Assembly: GCA_039028615.1 (NCBI GenBank)
Contig: JBCCHT010000028.1
Location: 124,235 to 188,234, forward strand
DNA from: Myxococcota bacterium
Lineage (GTDB): Bacteria; Myxococcota_A; Polyangia; Nannocystales; Nannocystaceae
Length of the DNA stretch: 64,000 nucleotides
Direction of reading: 5' to 3'
Shown: positions 32,476 through 41,725 of the stretch, piece by piece
Layout: every line of letters starts with the position of its first letter
How positions within the stretch are numbered: position 1 is the stretch's first letter
Program-made: the position numbers and the translations under genes
Notes under the pieces: model-generated
What the model was told of the DNA's origin: nothing
The model's input: only the letters and a program-made list of their open reading frames with translations
The model's database searches: none

Positions 32476-33393
32476 CTACCGCACGCAGACGTCGTCTTCG
32501 AAGCTCCCGCACGCACACTCGGCGACCGGGAAGAACACGCCCGAGTCGTGGTCGCACCACTGACACTGGCCCCCGCCCGGGCTGCGGCAGGTCGCGCAGT
32601 CGATGCAGTGGAAGCTGCCGAAGTTCGTCGCGTCGGCGCTGGCCGAGTTGCCGCAGTACGCGGTCCAGCAACCCGTGGTCGGGTTGAGCCCGGTCGCGTC
32701 GCACTGGTGCGGCACCCCCACCGGGACCTCGCAGCCGTTGGCCGCGTTGCCGTCGCAGTCCTCCCACGGGGCCTGGCACTGAATCTGGCAGCTGCCGCTC
32801 ACGCACGCGCCGTCGGCATGGTCGGCGCCCGCACAGGTATCCCCGCAGGCGGAGCAGTTGGAGTTGCTGCCCAGCGTGACCTCGCAGCCGTCGCTCATGT
32901 CGCCGTTGCAGTCCTCGAAACCGTCGAGGCACTCCATGCCCGTGCAGGCTCCGTCGACGCAGGTGCCGGGCTCGGTGTTGTCCGCGGTGCACTCGAGCGG
33001 GGTGCCGACGCAGACCCCGGCGCCGTCGCAGGCGTCGACGTCCGTGCACGGATCGCCGTCGTTGCAGCTCGACCCGGCCATCGACGGGAAGTGCTGGCAC
33101 ATGCCCGCTTGGCAGATGCCTTGCTGCTCGAGGCAGAAGCCCGGCGGCAGCATGCAGTCGGCGTCCGCCTGGCACGTGCCCAGATCGGGCAGCATGGGCG
33201 GACCGTCGTCCGAGCCCTCGCCGGACCCGTCCGCCGGACCATCGCTGGTCAACGGCGGGTTGGTGGACGTGGTGGTGGTGGAGGTCATGGCCTCCCCCGA
33301 GGAGCCCAAGCCCTCGAACGCGGGACCGGTCAGGTCGGGGTCGTCTCCGGTCGCGCAGCCCCCCAGACCCCCGACCAGCAGCAACGCCGCCAT
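32476..33393 (-). CDS. Cys-rich repeat lipoprotein
   Basis: LGG|C lipobox, tether, then CNDGDPCTDVDAC and DCNG...DGCE repeats. Start may lie slightly upstream. Confidence 0.8.
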   Translation of the reverse strand: MAALLLVGGLGGCATGDDPDLTGPAFEGLGSSGEAMTSTTTTSTNPPLTSDGPADGSGEGSDDGPPMLPDLGTCQADADCMLPPGFCLEQQGICQAGMCQHFPSMAGSSCNDGDPCTDVDACDGAGVCVGTPLECTADNTEPGTCVDGACTGMECLDGFEDCNGDMSDGCEVTLGSNSNCSACGDTCAGADHADGACVSGSCQIQCQAPWEDCDGNAANGCEVPVGVPHQCDATGLNPTTGCWTAYCGNSASADATNFGSFHCIDCATCRSPGGGQCQWCDHDSGVFFPVAECACGSFEDDVCVR

Positions 33394-33482
33394 CGCTCCT
33401 CGTGCTCCTGCCGTGCGTCCCACCTCCACGGAGCCATGGTACCGCAAACCCATCGGCACGGTGACGTATCCTGCCGTCGACG

Positions 33483-34250
33483 ATGAGCTACCCCGCCCCG
33501 TTCTACGCCGCCCTGCATCGCGGCACCCCCGGCGACCTCGCCCACTACCGACGGCTGTGCAAAGGCGCGTCGTCCGTGCTCGAGCTGGGCTGCGGTTATG
33601 GCCGAGTCGTAACGTCGTTGGCCGCCCCGAACCGAACGATCGTTGGGGTCGAGCCCGACGAACAGATGTTGGGTCTCGCTCGCGACGCCGTCGCCGGACT
33701 GCCCGAAGAAGACCGCTCCGGGGTCACCCTCATCGCCGGCGACATGCGAACCCTCGACCTGGGTCGCCGCTTCGATCGCGTGCTCGTCCCCTTCGGTGGC
33801 CTCTATTGCATGCTCGACGATCGCGATCTCGATGCCGCGCTAGCCACCGTGGCGCGACACCTGGCGCCCGGGGGCACCGCGGGCTTCGACGTGTATCGAG
33901 CCGATGACTTCCACGCCCACGCCGAGCCCGACGACGTGCCCGACGACGCTCATACCCCGCTGGCCCGGGTCACCGTCGACGGCACCGACTACGAGGTGCT
34001 CGAGCGCAGCACCTGGGACAAGCCAGCGCAGCGCATCGATGCCTCGTACCTCTACGTCGACGAAGTCGGGCGAACGATCCGCGGCGTCATCGAGCAGCGC
34101 TACCTGCTGCAGCCCCAGCTCGAGGCGGCGTTGCAGCGCGCCGGGCTCGAGCTGGTCGAGCAGCGCCGCGACTTCGGGTCGCCCCCCGAAGACGAGGACG
34201 ACGACGAGGGCCTGATCATCGCCACCGTGCGAGCGATGGGCGATTCGTAG
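33483..34250 (+). CDS. class I SAM-dependent methyltransferase
   Basis: VLELGCGYGR, GDMR, FDRV and HLAPGG motifs. Confidence 0.9.
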   Translation: MSYPAPFYAALHRGTPGDLAHYRRLCKGASSVLELGCGYGRVVTSLAAPNRTIVGVEPDEQMLGLARDAVAGLPEEDRSGVTLIAGDMRTLDLGRRFDRVLVPFGGLYCMLDDRDLDAALATVARHLAPGGTAGFDVYRADDFHAHAEPDDVPDDAHTPLARVTVDGTDYEVLERSTWDKPAQRIDASYLYVDEVGRTIRGVIEQRYLLQPQLEAALQRAGLELVEQRRDFGSPPEDEDDDEGLIIATVRAMGDS

Positions 34251-34264
34251 AACAAAAAGTGGTC

Positions 34265-34669
<405 letters not shown>

Positions 34670-34776
34670 TCCCGGCCGGGGTCTAGCACCAAGGGCGGTC
34701 CCAAAACAACGGGCTTCCGTCGAGCCTCGGCGGGTCGCTTGTTCGGCCTCGATCGGCTGCCTATGCTCGACCGACG

Positions 34777-35607
34777 ATGTCCCGCCGCAGGGCAACGAGC
34801 CGGGTCACGGCGTGGGGAGCCGGGCTCGCGCTCGTGGCGGCCTGCGCCCTGCCCCGCCCCGGCTGGTCCGCGACCGTGGCTCCGCCGACCTCCGCCCTCG
34901 AGCAGGCGCGGGCGCAGCTGCAGCAGGACGATCCCCTCGCCGCCATCGCGACCCTCGAGGGCGGCCTGGCCGAGCTCGGCCCCCAGGCGCTGCGGCGGGA
35001 GCCCGACGACCGGGCCCTGCTGCTGCTCGAGCTGTCGACCGCGCTCGAACGAGCCCACGACCAGCAGGGTGACCCCGCGCACCTGCAGCGCGCCCGGGAC
35101 CGTCTCCAGCAGTTGCTGGAAGAGAGCGAGATCCACGGCTACGCCGCGCCCCTGGTCGACCGGGCCCTCGCGGAACGGGACCGCATGGAGGAACGCCTGC
35201 TCGCCGTGCCGGGCCCCGACACGGTATCGTCCCGTCCCCTGGCTCGCCCCGCTCGATCGACCCCGGCCAACCCCGGCCGCGGGTGGATGATCGCTGGCGG
35301 CACCACGATGGGCGTCGGCGTCGGCGTGTCGAGCCTCGCGTTCGTGGGCGTGGCCATGAGCAGCCGAGCCGACTCGGCCGTGGCCCGAACCACCGTGCCG
35401 TCGACCGAGGCGCAGCGCATCGATGCCATCGAGCAAGGTCAGCGCGGCAACCGGTTCGCGATCGCGGGCACCGTCGCCGCGACGGCCCTCGTCGTGGCCG
35501 GCCTCGGTGTGCTGCTGTGGGGCGTTCGAGTGCGGCGCCGTGCCGCACCAGAGCCCGCGGCTCGCCCCCTCGTCCGCGCGTCCTTTCCTGGGGGTCTTTG
35601 GTGGTGA
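34777..35607 (+). CDS. exported TPR-like protein with C-terminal hydrophobic helices
   Basis: Signal-like N-terminus, helical region, then two Gly-rich hydrophobic segments. Confidence 0.7.
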   Translation: MSRRRATSRVTAWGAGLALVAACALPRPGWSATVAPPTSALEQARAQLQQDDPLAAIATLEGGLAELGPQALRREPDDRALLLLELSTALERAHDQQGDPAHLQRARDRLQQLLEESEIHGYAAPLVDRALAERDRMEERLLAVPGPDTVSSRPLARPARSTPANPGRGWMIAGGTTMGVGVGVSSLAFVGVAMSSRADSAVARTTVPSTEAQRIDAIEQGQRGNRFAIAGTVAATALVVAGLGVLLWGVRVRRRAAPEPAARPLVRASFPGGLWW

Positions 35608-36932
35608 GCGCCCGCATCGCGCTGCTGTCGGTGGTCCTGGGCGCGGGCTCGAGTTGCTACGCCGCGTCCACGGTCGAAGGCCTGCCCTGCTCGAGCGACG
35701 CATCCTGCGGCTCGGAGCACGTATGCGTGCTCGGTTACTGCCGCGCCGACATCGACGACGCCTTGGCCGGCTGCGGCGACGGCATCATGGTGCAGGGCGA
35801 GCTGTGCTACCCGCTCAGCGGCCGCGTCGAGCTGATGGTGGGCGATGCTCCGCTCAACGACGTCGCCTGGGCCGACCTCGACGGCGATGGGCTCGTCGAC
35901 ATCACCACCGTCAGCGACGTCGCCACCGTGCTGCACGGCAACGTCGACGGCGGCTTCAGTCCTCGTCTGCTCGAAGCCGAGCTCACGGCGGCCAACCTCG
36001 CCACGCTCGAGCTCCCGCCCGTGCCCGACGACCTGCTCGTCCCCATCGACATTCACCGGGTCGCGGTCGCCGACCTCGTGGGCTCGTCCTTCCCCGACTT
36101 TGCCTTCGTCGCCCGGATCGGGGTCGACGTCCCCGAGCAGCTGCAGCAGTACCAGGCGATCATCGAGGCGCCGCTGTGGGTCGTGGAAAACGACGGAGAG
36201 ACGCTCATCCCGCCGCAGCCGGTCTTGGCCACCGCGGGGCTGGATCTGGGCGCGCAAACCTTGCCTCCCCATGGGCTTCGCGTCGGGGACTTCGACGGCG
36301 ACACGCGCAGCGATCTACTCGTCGCTACGCAGGACGACGAGGGCGCCGTGCACCATCAATGGATTCGCGTCGACCAGGGGCAGTTCTCCGAGCCCATCGC
36401 GCTCCCCCTGCCTCCGACCGAGACCGCAGCCGAGAGCGCCGACATCGACGGCGACGGTCGCAGCGACCTGCTCGTGCTCCACCCGGCCGGCAACGAGCTG
36501 TGGTGGATGCTCGGCCCCCTCGATGCGCCCAAGCCCGAGCGACTGTCGCTGTCGGACGCCCCCATCGCGATGCACATCGGTGCGATCGACGACGCACCCG
36601 GGCTCGACGTCGCCGTGCTGCTACCGCAAGGGCGCCAGCTGTGGTCGTGGCGGAGCGGCGAGTGGGAACTCGTGGCCGAGCGCGACGCGGGGGCGGCCGT
36701 CGACATCGCGGCCGGGGATCTCGATGGCGATGGCTTCGTCGATCTGCTCACCGCGTCCTCCGAGGGCATCGACATCCTCGCCGGCTTTCCCGGCCCGCAG
36801 CTCGGCGCCAGCGTGCTGTTCGTCAGCGAGGGCGCAGCGCAGATCGAAGCCCGCCGCCTCGACGGCGACGACGCCCCCGAGCTGGTGCTCAGCCGCCCCG
36901 AGGGCGTCACCGTGCGATTCGCGGCCCCCTGA
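35604..36932 (+). CDS. FG-GAP/VCBS repeat lipoprotein with Cys-rich N-terminus
   Basis: GTG overlaps the upstream TGA; SS|C candidate lipobox; DLDGDGLVD, DFDGDTRSD, DIDGDGRSD and DLDGDGFVD repeats. Confidence 0.85.
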   Translation: MSARIALLSVVLGAGSSCYAASTVEGLPCSSDASCGSEHVCVLGYCRADIDDALAGCGDGIMVQGELCYPLSGRVELMVGDAPLNDVAWADLDGDGLVDITTVSDVATVLHGNVDGGFSPRLLEAELTAANLATLELPPVPDDLLVPIDIHRVAVADLVGSSFPDFAFVARIGVDVPEQLQQYQAIIEAPLWVVENDGETLIPPQPVLATAGLDLGAQTLPPHGLRVGDFDGDTRSDLLVATQDDEGAVHHQWIRVDQGQFSEPIALPLPPTETAAESADIDGDGRSDLLVLHPAGNELWWMLGPLDAPKPERLSLSDAPIAMHIGAIDDAPGLDVAVLLPQGRQLWSWRSGEWELVAERDAGAAVDIAAGDLDGDGFVDLLTASSEGIDILAGFPGPQLGASVLFVSEGAAQIEARRLDGDDAPELVLSRPEGVTVRFAAP

Positions 36933-37003
36933 GCCCCTTGTGCGGTCCTCGGGCTCCCGCCCTGGGTCTCGGTCGACGTCGATGGTATGAGCCGGCCGAG
37001 ACC

Positions 37004-37948
37004 ATGCTGCTGCTCGAGCGAGGACACTGGTGGAAGCAGATCTTCACCCTCCGAGGGACCACGATCGCACGGATCTGGCCCCGGCTCACCCTGGTGACCT
37101 TGGTCGCCACCGGGGAGACGCTCTATCACCACTACTCCCCCGAGCCGATGTTCGGCCTCAGCCCGATCCCGTTCTCGCTCATCGCGGTGGCCCTCGGCAT
37201 CTTCCTCGGCTTCCGCAACAACACCAGCTACGACCGCTTCTGGGAGGGTCGCAAGCTGTGGGGTCGGCTGGTCAATACCACCCGCAGCACCGCGCGTCAG
37301 ATCCAGATGATGATCGGTCCGCACCAAGAGGCCCCGGGCGTCACCCCCGAGCAGGCCGAGCTGCATCGAAAGCTCGTGTACCGGCTCATCGCCTACGTTC
37401 ACGCCCTGCGCTTGCACCTGCGCGACACCGATGACCTCGACGAGCTGAAGGGTCTGCTGCCCGACGAGGAGCGCCTGGCCTTGCGGGGTCAGCTCAATCG
37501 CCCCCTGGCCATCCTGCGCGAGCTCGGGGCCGAGATCCGCGACGAGTGGCGCCGCGACCGAGTGCACCCCATGCACCTGCCCGCCCTCGAGGCCAGCCTC
37601 ACCACGCTGACCGACATCCAAGGCGCCTGCGAGCGGATCAAGAGCACCCCGATCCCCAGCTCGTACACCGTGCTCATCCACCGGATCGTCGCGGTCTACA
37701 CCTTCGCCCTGCCCTTCGGGATCGTGGAGTCGATCGGTGCCGCCACCCCCGTGGTCGTCGCGATCATCGGCTACGCCTTCTTCGGTCTCGACGCCGTGGG
37801 CGAGGAGATCGAGGAGCCCTTCGGCAAGGACATCAACGACCTTCCGTTGTCGACGCTGTCGCGCATGATCGAGATCAACCTGCGCCAGACCCTCGGCGAG
37901 ACCGACGTTCCCGAAGTTCTCAAACCCGTCGACGGCGTCTTGAGCTGA
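37004..37948 (+). CDS. bestrophin family ion channel (YneE-like)
   Basis: FRNNTSYDRFWEGRKLWG, CERIKSTPIP and EIEEPFG...NDLPL motifs. Confidence 0.93.
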   Translation: MLLLERGHWWKQIFTLRGTTIARIWPRLTLVTLVATGETLYHHYSPEPMFGLSPIPFSLIAVALGIFLGFRNNTSYDRFWEGRKLWGRLVNTTRSTARQIQMMIGPHQEAPGVTPEQAELHRKLVYRLIAYVHALRLHLRDTDDLDELKGLLPDEERLALRGQLNRPLAILRELGAEIRDEWRRDRVHPMHLPALEASLTTLTDIQGACERIKSTPIPSSYTVLIHRIVAVYTFALPFGIVESIGAATPVVVAIIGYAFFGLDAVGEEIEEPFGKDINDLPLSTLSRMIEINLRQTLGETDVPEVLKPVDGVLS

Positions 37949-38026
37949 GTAGAACAGGTCGTCCAGCCTACGCACCCCGCGGCTGACCCCGTGCCCGCTC
38001 GGCGGCCCAGCGCGGTATCGTAGGGC

Positions 38027-39166
38027 ATGCGGGTTCGTCTGGGGTTGGTCTGTCTGTGGCTCGTGCCCGCGTGTGGGGACGACGGGGAACGCAGCGAGAC
38101 CGCCTGGGAGCTGCCGGGCAGCAGCACGGGCTTCGATGCGCCCGGCACCACCGCCCTCGACCCGGACACGGGCGGTATGGGCACGGGCACGGGCGACACC
38201 GGAGACGACGAGGGGCTCGACGAGTCCTCGTCCGGCGGCGAGAGCTTCGACTGCACACCCGCATGGACCTCGACCTTCGTCGGCTCGCCCTGTGCCGCCG
38301 ACTCCGACTGCAGCTACGACGGCGGCTTCTGCCTGCTCGAGGACGACGGCTTCCCCTGCGGCACCTGCTCGCAATCCTGCGAAGACCTGTGCCCCGACCT
38401 CGAAGGCGCCCCGACCACCTTCTGCGTGGACGGGGACTCGCTGATGGTCGACAGCGGCGGGCACTGCCTGTCGCAATGCGACCCGCCGCTACTGGGGGGC
38501 AACGGGTGCCGCGACGGCTACGTCTGCAGCCCGATGAGTCGCTACATGCAGCCCAAGGTCACGGCCGGGGTCTGCGTACCCGAGCCCTTCGGCGGTGAGG
38601 GGGCCACGGCGTGCCAGCAGATGTTGCTCGACCTGGGGGCGGTGTTCGTGCCCGTGGATCACGAGCCGGAGAGCCCGGATGGGCATCCCGATCTGCTGTG
38701 CGAGATCGAGGACCCGGTGTTGCTGTACAGCCCGATCGGGGATGTGTCGATCCGGTACATCGCGTCGGCCGAGGAGGCGCCCGTGTTCATGGGGTGCAAT
38801 GCGGCGGTGTCGGTGGTGGGGAGTGCGGCGGTGGCCGGGAGCTTGGGGGCGACGGAGCTGCTGCACATCGGGACGTACAACTGCCGGACGATTTCGGGGA
38901 CGAGTACGCTGTCGCAGCATGGGTATGCGAATGCGATCGACATCGGGGGGTTCACGTTGGAGGACGGGACGGAGATCACGGTGTTCGATGATTGGGAGGA
39001 TGGGAATCCGAGTCCGCAGACGGAGTATGGGCAGTGGTTGCGGGAGTTTACGGATCAGGTTTGGGCGATGGGGTTGTGGAACATCATCCTGACGCCGGAG
39101 TACAACGCGGCGCATGATGACCATTTTCATATTGATCTGACGCCGGGGGGGAACACGTACGACTGA
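38027..39166 (+). CDS. lipoprotein: Cys-rich domain plus extensin-like C-terminal domain
   Basis: LVPA|CGDD lipobox; GTYNCR...LSQHGYANAIDI...HDDHFHID. Confidence 0.88.
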   Translation: MRVRLGLVCLWLVPACGDDGERSETAWELPGSSTGFDAPGTTALDPDTGGMGTGTGDTGDDEGLDESSSGGESFDCTPAWTSTFVGSPCAADSDCSYDGGFCLLEDDGFPCGTCSQSCEDLCPDLEGAPTTFCVDGDSLMVDSGGHCLSQCDPPLLGGNGCRDGYVCSPMSRYMQPKVTAGVCVPEPFGGEGATACQQMLLDLGAVFVPVDHEPESPDGHPDLLCEIEDPVLLYSPIGDVSIRYIASAEEAPVFMGCNAAVSVVGSAAVAGSLGATELLHIGTYNCRTISGTSTLSQHGYANAIDIGGFTLEDGTEITVFDDWEDGNPSPQTEYGQWLREFTDQVWAMGLWNIILTPEYNAAHDDHFHIDLTPGGNTYD

Positions 39167-39217
39167 CGGGGTTGGGCTTCGTGGCGGTGGAGTTTGTTTT
39201 GAGGTCGGGCGGGGGGT

Positions 39218-39391
39218 TTGAGCTTCGTTGGGGGCGCCTGTTCGCGGGAGTCGGGGTTCCGTCCGTGCTCAAACAGTGGTTTCGCGCCTAGCCTCAGCGT
39301 ACCTACGCGCTCGCATCGGTGGACTCCGATTGGTTGTGGGGAGGCTGCTACCAAAACTGCGCGCGCACGGAACCCCGACCCCCACGAGCGG
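39218..39391 (+). repeat. dispersed structured repeat, copy A
   Basis: Core 39266-39363 is 86/98 identical to 63853-63949; stem arms 39246-39265 / 39364-39383 pair at 18/20 positions. Confidence 0.9.
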
Positions 39392-39535
39392 CGCGTCTTT
39401 GCTCGAAGCTTCCCGGGGGTTTCGGAGTTGCGGTTTGGCTTGGGCGAGCGGAACGCTTCGAGAGCCGAACGCAGCAGCATGCCGCGGTGGGGCGGCGCCG
39501 ACCATCAACTGTCCCTTGGGATCGGGCGCCATTGG

Positions 39536-39658
39536 TCCGCGTGAAGCGGGAGCCGCTCGTCGAGGCGAACAGGCGACCTGCCACACCGGCACGCCAAACT
39601 GGCCGCCGACCCGAGCGCCCGAGCTGAATCGACTCGCGGCTGCCCCCACGAAGCTCAA
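39536..39658 (-). repeat. dispersed repeat, copy B (inverted, hairpin core absent)
   Basis: Reverse complement matches both flanks of copy C (63776-63833 and 63963-63994), joined at a single CGCC (39564-39567). Confidence 0.85.
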
Positions 39659-40404
39659 CGATCGGGCGGTGCTTTGGCTTCGACGCGGACTTCGATTTCT
39701 TCGTCGCCGAAGTCGCCCTGCACGTGCTTGATGTCGATCCTGGCGTGGGCGGGGTCGAAGCCTTGGGCGAGGAGTTCGGCGAGGATTTGGCGCTCGGCTG
39801 CTTCGACGCCGTCGCGATCGAGGGTGAGGTCGAGGAGGTTTCGAGACAGCTTGCCGCCGAGGGTTCCGTGGACGGTACCCGATAGGGGGACCTCTTGGAT
39901 TTCGGCTTCGGCCAAGGCGGGGAACTCGTCTTGGAGTTCTTGCCAGCCCTCTTCCACATTGGCCTCGCCCCCGAAGGCGAAGAGCTGGAGGCGGACTTCT
40001 TCGTGGACGTCGACCTCGCCGTCGGGTCCGGTGCGCTCTTCGATGGCGCGCGACATGTGGATCTCGACGCGCTCGGCCGCGAACTCGTCGCGGAGGTAGC
40101 GGGCGATGGCCTCGGGGTCGACGTCGTCCATGTGCTCGGCGTCCACGGAGATCTCGAGGCCGTGGCCGAGGCTCATGGGGTACTCGGCCGGCAGGGCGCA
40201 GGCTCCCACGGCGGTGGCGAGGGTGAGGCCGCCGGCGATGGCGATGCGGGGCAGCCAGCGCTTGCGCTGTTTGGCGGGCTCGCGACCGGGGGCGCGCTCG
40301 AAGGCGGCCATGAAGGCATCCTCGTGCGCACGCTGGTGCTCGGCCTGCCCAGGCGCGGGGCGGCGATACCAAGACTTCAGTCGGGCGATGAGATCAGATC
40401 GCAT
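39655..40404 (-). CDS. putative membrane-anchored anti-sigma-type protein
   Basis: ATG overlaps the end of the ECF sigma gene; short cytoplasmic N-terminus, one TM helix, acidic extracytoplasmic domain. Confidence 0.7.
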   Translation of the reverse strand: MRSDLIARLKSWYRRPAPGQAEHQRAHEDAFMAAFERAPGREPAKQRKRWLPRIAIAGGLTLATAVGACALPAEYPMSLGHGLEISVDAEHMDDVDPEAIARYLRDEFAAERVEIHMSRAIEERTGPDGEVDVHEEVRLQLFAFGGEANVEEGWQELQDEFPALAEAEIQEVPLSGTVHGTLGGKLSRNLLDLTLDRDGVEAAERQILAELLAQGFDPAHARIDIKHVQGDFGDEEIEVRVEAKAPPDR

Positions 40405-40981
40405 AGCCAGCGGCCTTGTCGTTGGAGGAATCGCGAAGCTTGGCTCGCAGGTCGCGGAGGGTTCGGGAGAAGCGTTGTTTGACGGCGGCCTCGGACAGCT
40501 CCATGAGCTCGGCGATCTCGCGCAGGCGCAGGCCCTCGGCAAAGCGCAGGGAGAACATCTCGCGGACTTCGGGGGAGTAGCCGGCCAACATGACGCGCAG
40601 CTCGGCGTCGCGCTCGTCGTCTTCGAGGGCCTTGGCCGGATCGAGCGCGGCGTCGGCCAAGCGCTCGACGGCATCGGCATCGCCGGCCGCCTTGTGCACG
40701 CGGTAGTGATCGATGACGGCGTTGCGGGCGATGCTCAGCACCCACGCCCGCACGTGGCCCCGCCGCGGGTCGAAGCGTGGCAGGTGCTCGACGACGCGCT
40801 CGAAGACGCGGGCGACCAGGTCTTCGACGTCGGCCTCGGTGTGAATCCGTCGCGACACGTAGCTCCACACGAGCGGATGCATTGCTCGGTAGAGCTTGCG
40901 AAAGGCCGTGGCGTCGCCCGCCGCGGCCGCTTGGGCGAGGCGGGATAGGCGCACGGCGGTGAAGGTTCCGCGCAGCGACAT
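40394..40981 (-). CDS. ECF-type RNA polymerase sigma factor
   Basis: DVEDLV, WVLSIARNAVIDHYR and EIAELMELSEAAVKQRFSR motifs. Confidence 0.92.
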   Translation of the reverse strand: MSLRGTFTAVRLSRLAQAAAAGDATAFRKLYRAMHPLVWSYVSRRIHTEADVEDLVARVFERVVEHLPRFDPRRGHVRAWVLSIARNAVIDHYRVHKAAGDADAVERLADAALDPAKALEDDERDAELRVMLAGYSPEVREMFSLRFAEGLRLREIAELMELSEAAVKQRFSRTLRDLRAKLRDSSNDKAAGYAI

Positions 40982-40995
40982 CGCTCGACCCTCGG

Positions 40996-41556
40996 CTACG
41001 AACCCCGCACGGTTTGGTGACACACCTCGTCGGCCAAATCGAACACGTGGGCATCGTCGTCGCGAGTCGCCCCCAGACCTTGCAGCGCCTCGGCCAAACG
41101 AATGACGTACTCGTCGTTGGGGCCGCTGGGTCCCTCGCTCCGACGAACCTGCGCCGCGATCTCGGGGATCGGGGCCGGCCCCGCGAAGTTGGGGTTGTCC
41201 TCGGTGGCCAGGTACATGACGACGTCGGGACGCTCGGTGCCGTCGGGAAAAACGACGGTGGTGCTGACGCGCCGATAGCCGCCCTTTTCACGGTGATCGA
41301 GCCGCGCGAGCACGGACTCGACCGCATCGGGAGCCACCCGATACGCCATGCCCCAGCAGCGCGCGTCGGCGACGGGCACGAGCGTCACCACCCGCCCGGG
41401 GCTACCCGGCACGCCGCGGTGATCGGTCGAGGCCTGCCAGAACCGACGCGCCCATCCATGGATCCAGCCGGCCTTGCGCTCGACGAAGGGAAACGCCGGG
41501 CGCCAGACCAACGAGCCGTAGCCAAAGATCCACAGGTCGTCGTCGGGGGAGGTCAT
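40996..41556 (-). CDS. ChaC-like gamma-glutamylcyclotransferase
   Basis: WIFGYGSLVW, DHRG...PGRVVTL, REKGGY and GPSGPNDEY motifs. Confidence 0.92.
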   Translation of the reverse strand: MTSPDDDLWIFGYGSLVWRPAFPFVERKAGWIHGWARRFWQASTDHRGVPGSPGRVVTLVPVADARCWGMAYRVAPDAVESVLARLDHREKGGYRRVSTTVVFPDGTERPDVVMYLATEDNPNFAGPAPIPEIAAQVRRSEGPSGPNDEYVIRLAEALQGLGATRDDDAHVFDLADEVCHQTVRGS

Positions 41557-41725
41557 GGGCCTCGTCAACCCTTTGATATCACTGAATTCTCGGCCGCCCA
41601 AGCCCCCGGCGGCAACGGCTCCGTCCGACGGCGACGCCCAAAGTATCCCTCCAGAGACAGCGCGCAGGGCGTACCATGCAATCCTACTGAAGGACGGGCC
41701 ACACTGTGGCCATGGATAGTTAGGT

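Noticed and set aside
39266..39363. Repeat core as a hammerhead ribozyme or group II intron domain V
   Set aside because: The minus strand has GAAAC, but the CUGANGA box is not matched (CTGAGCA in C, TTGAGCA in A), and I saw no domain V consensus.
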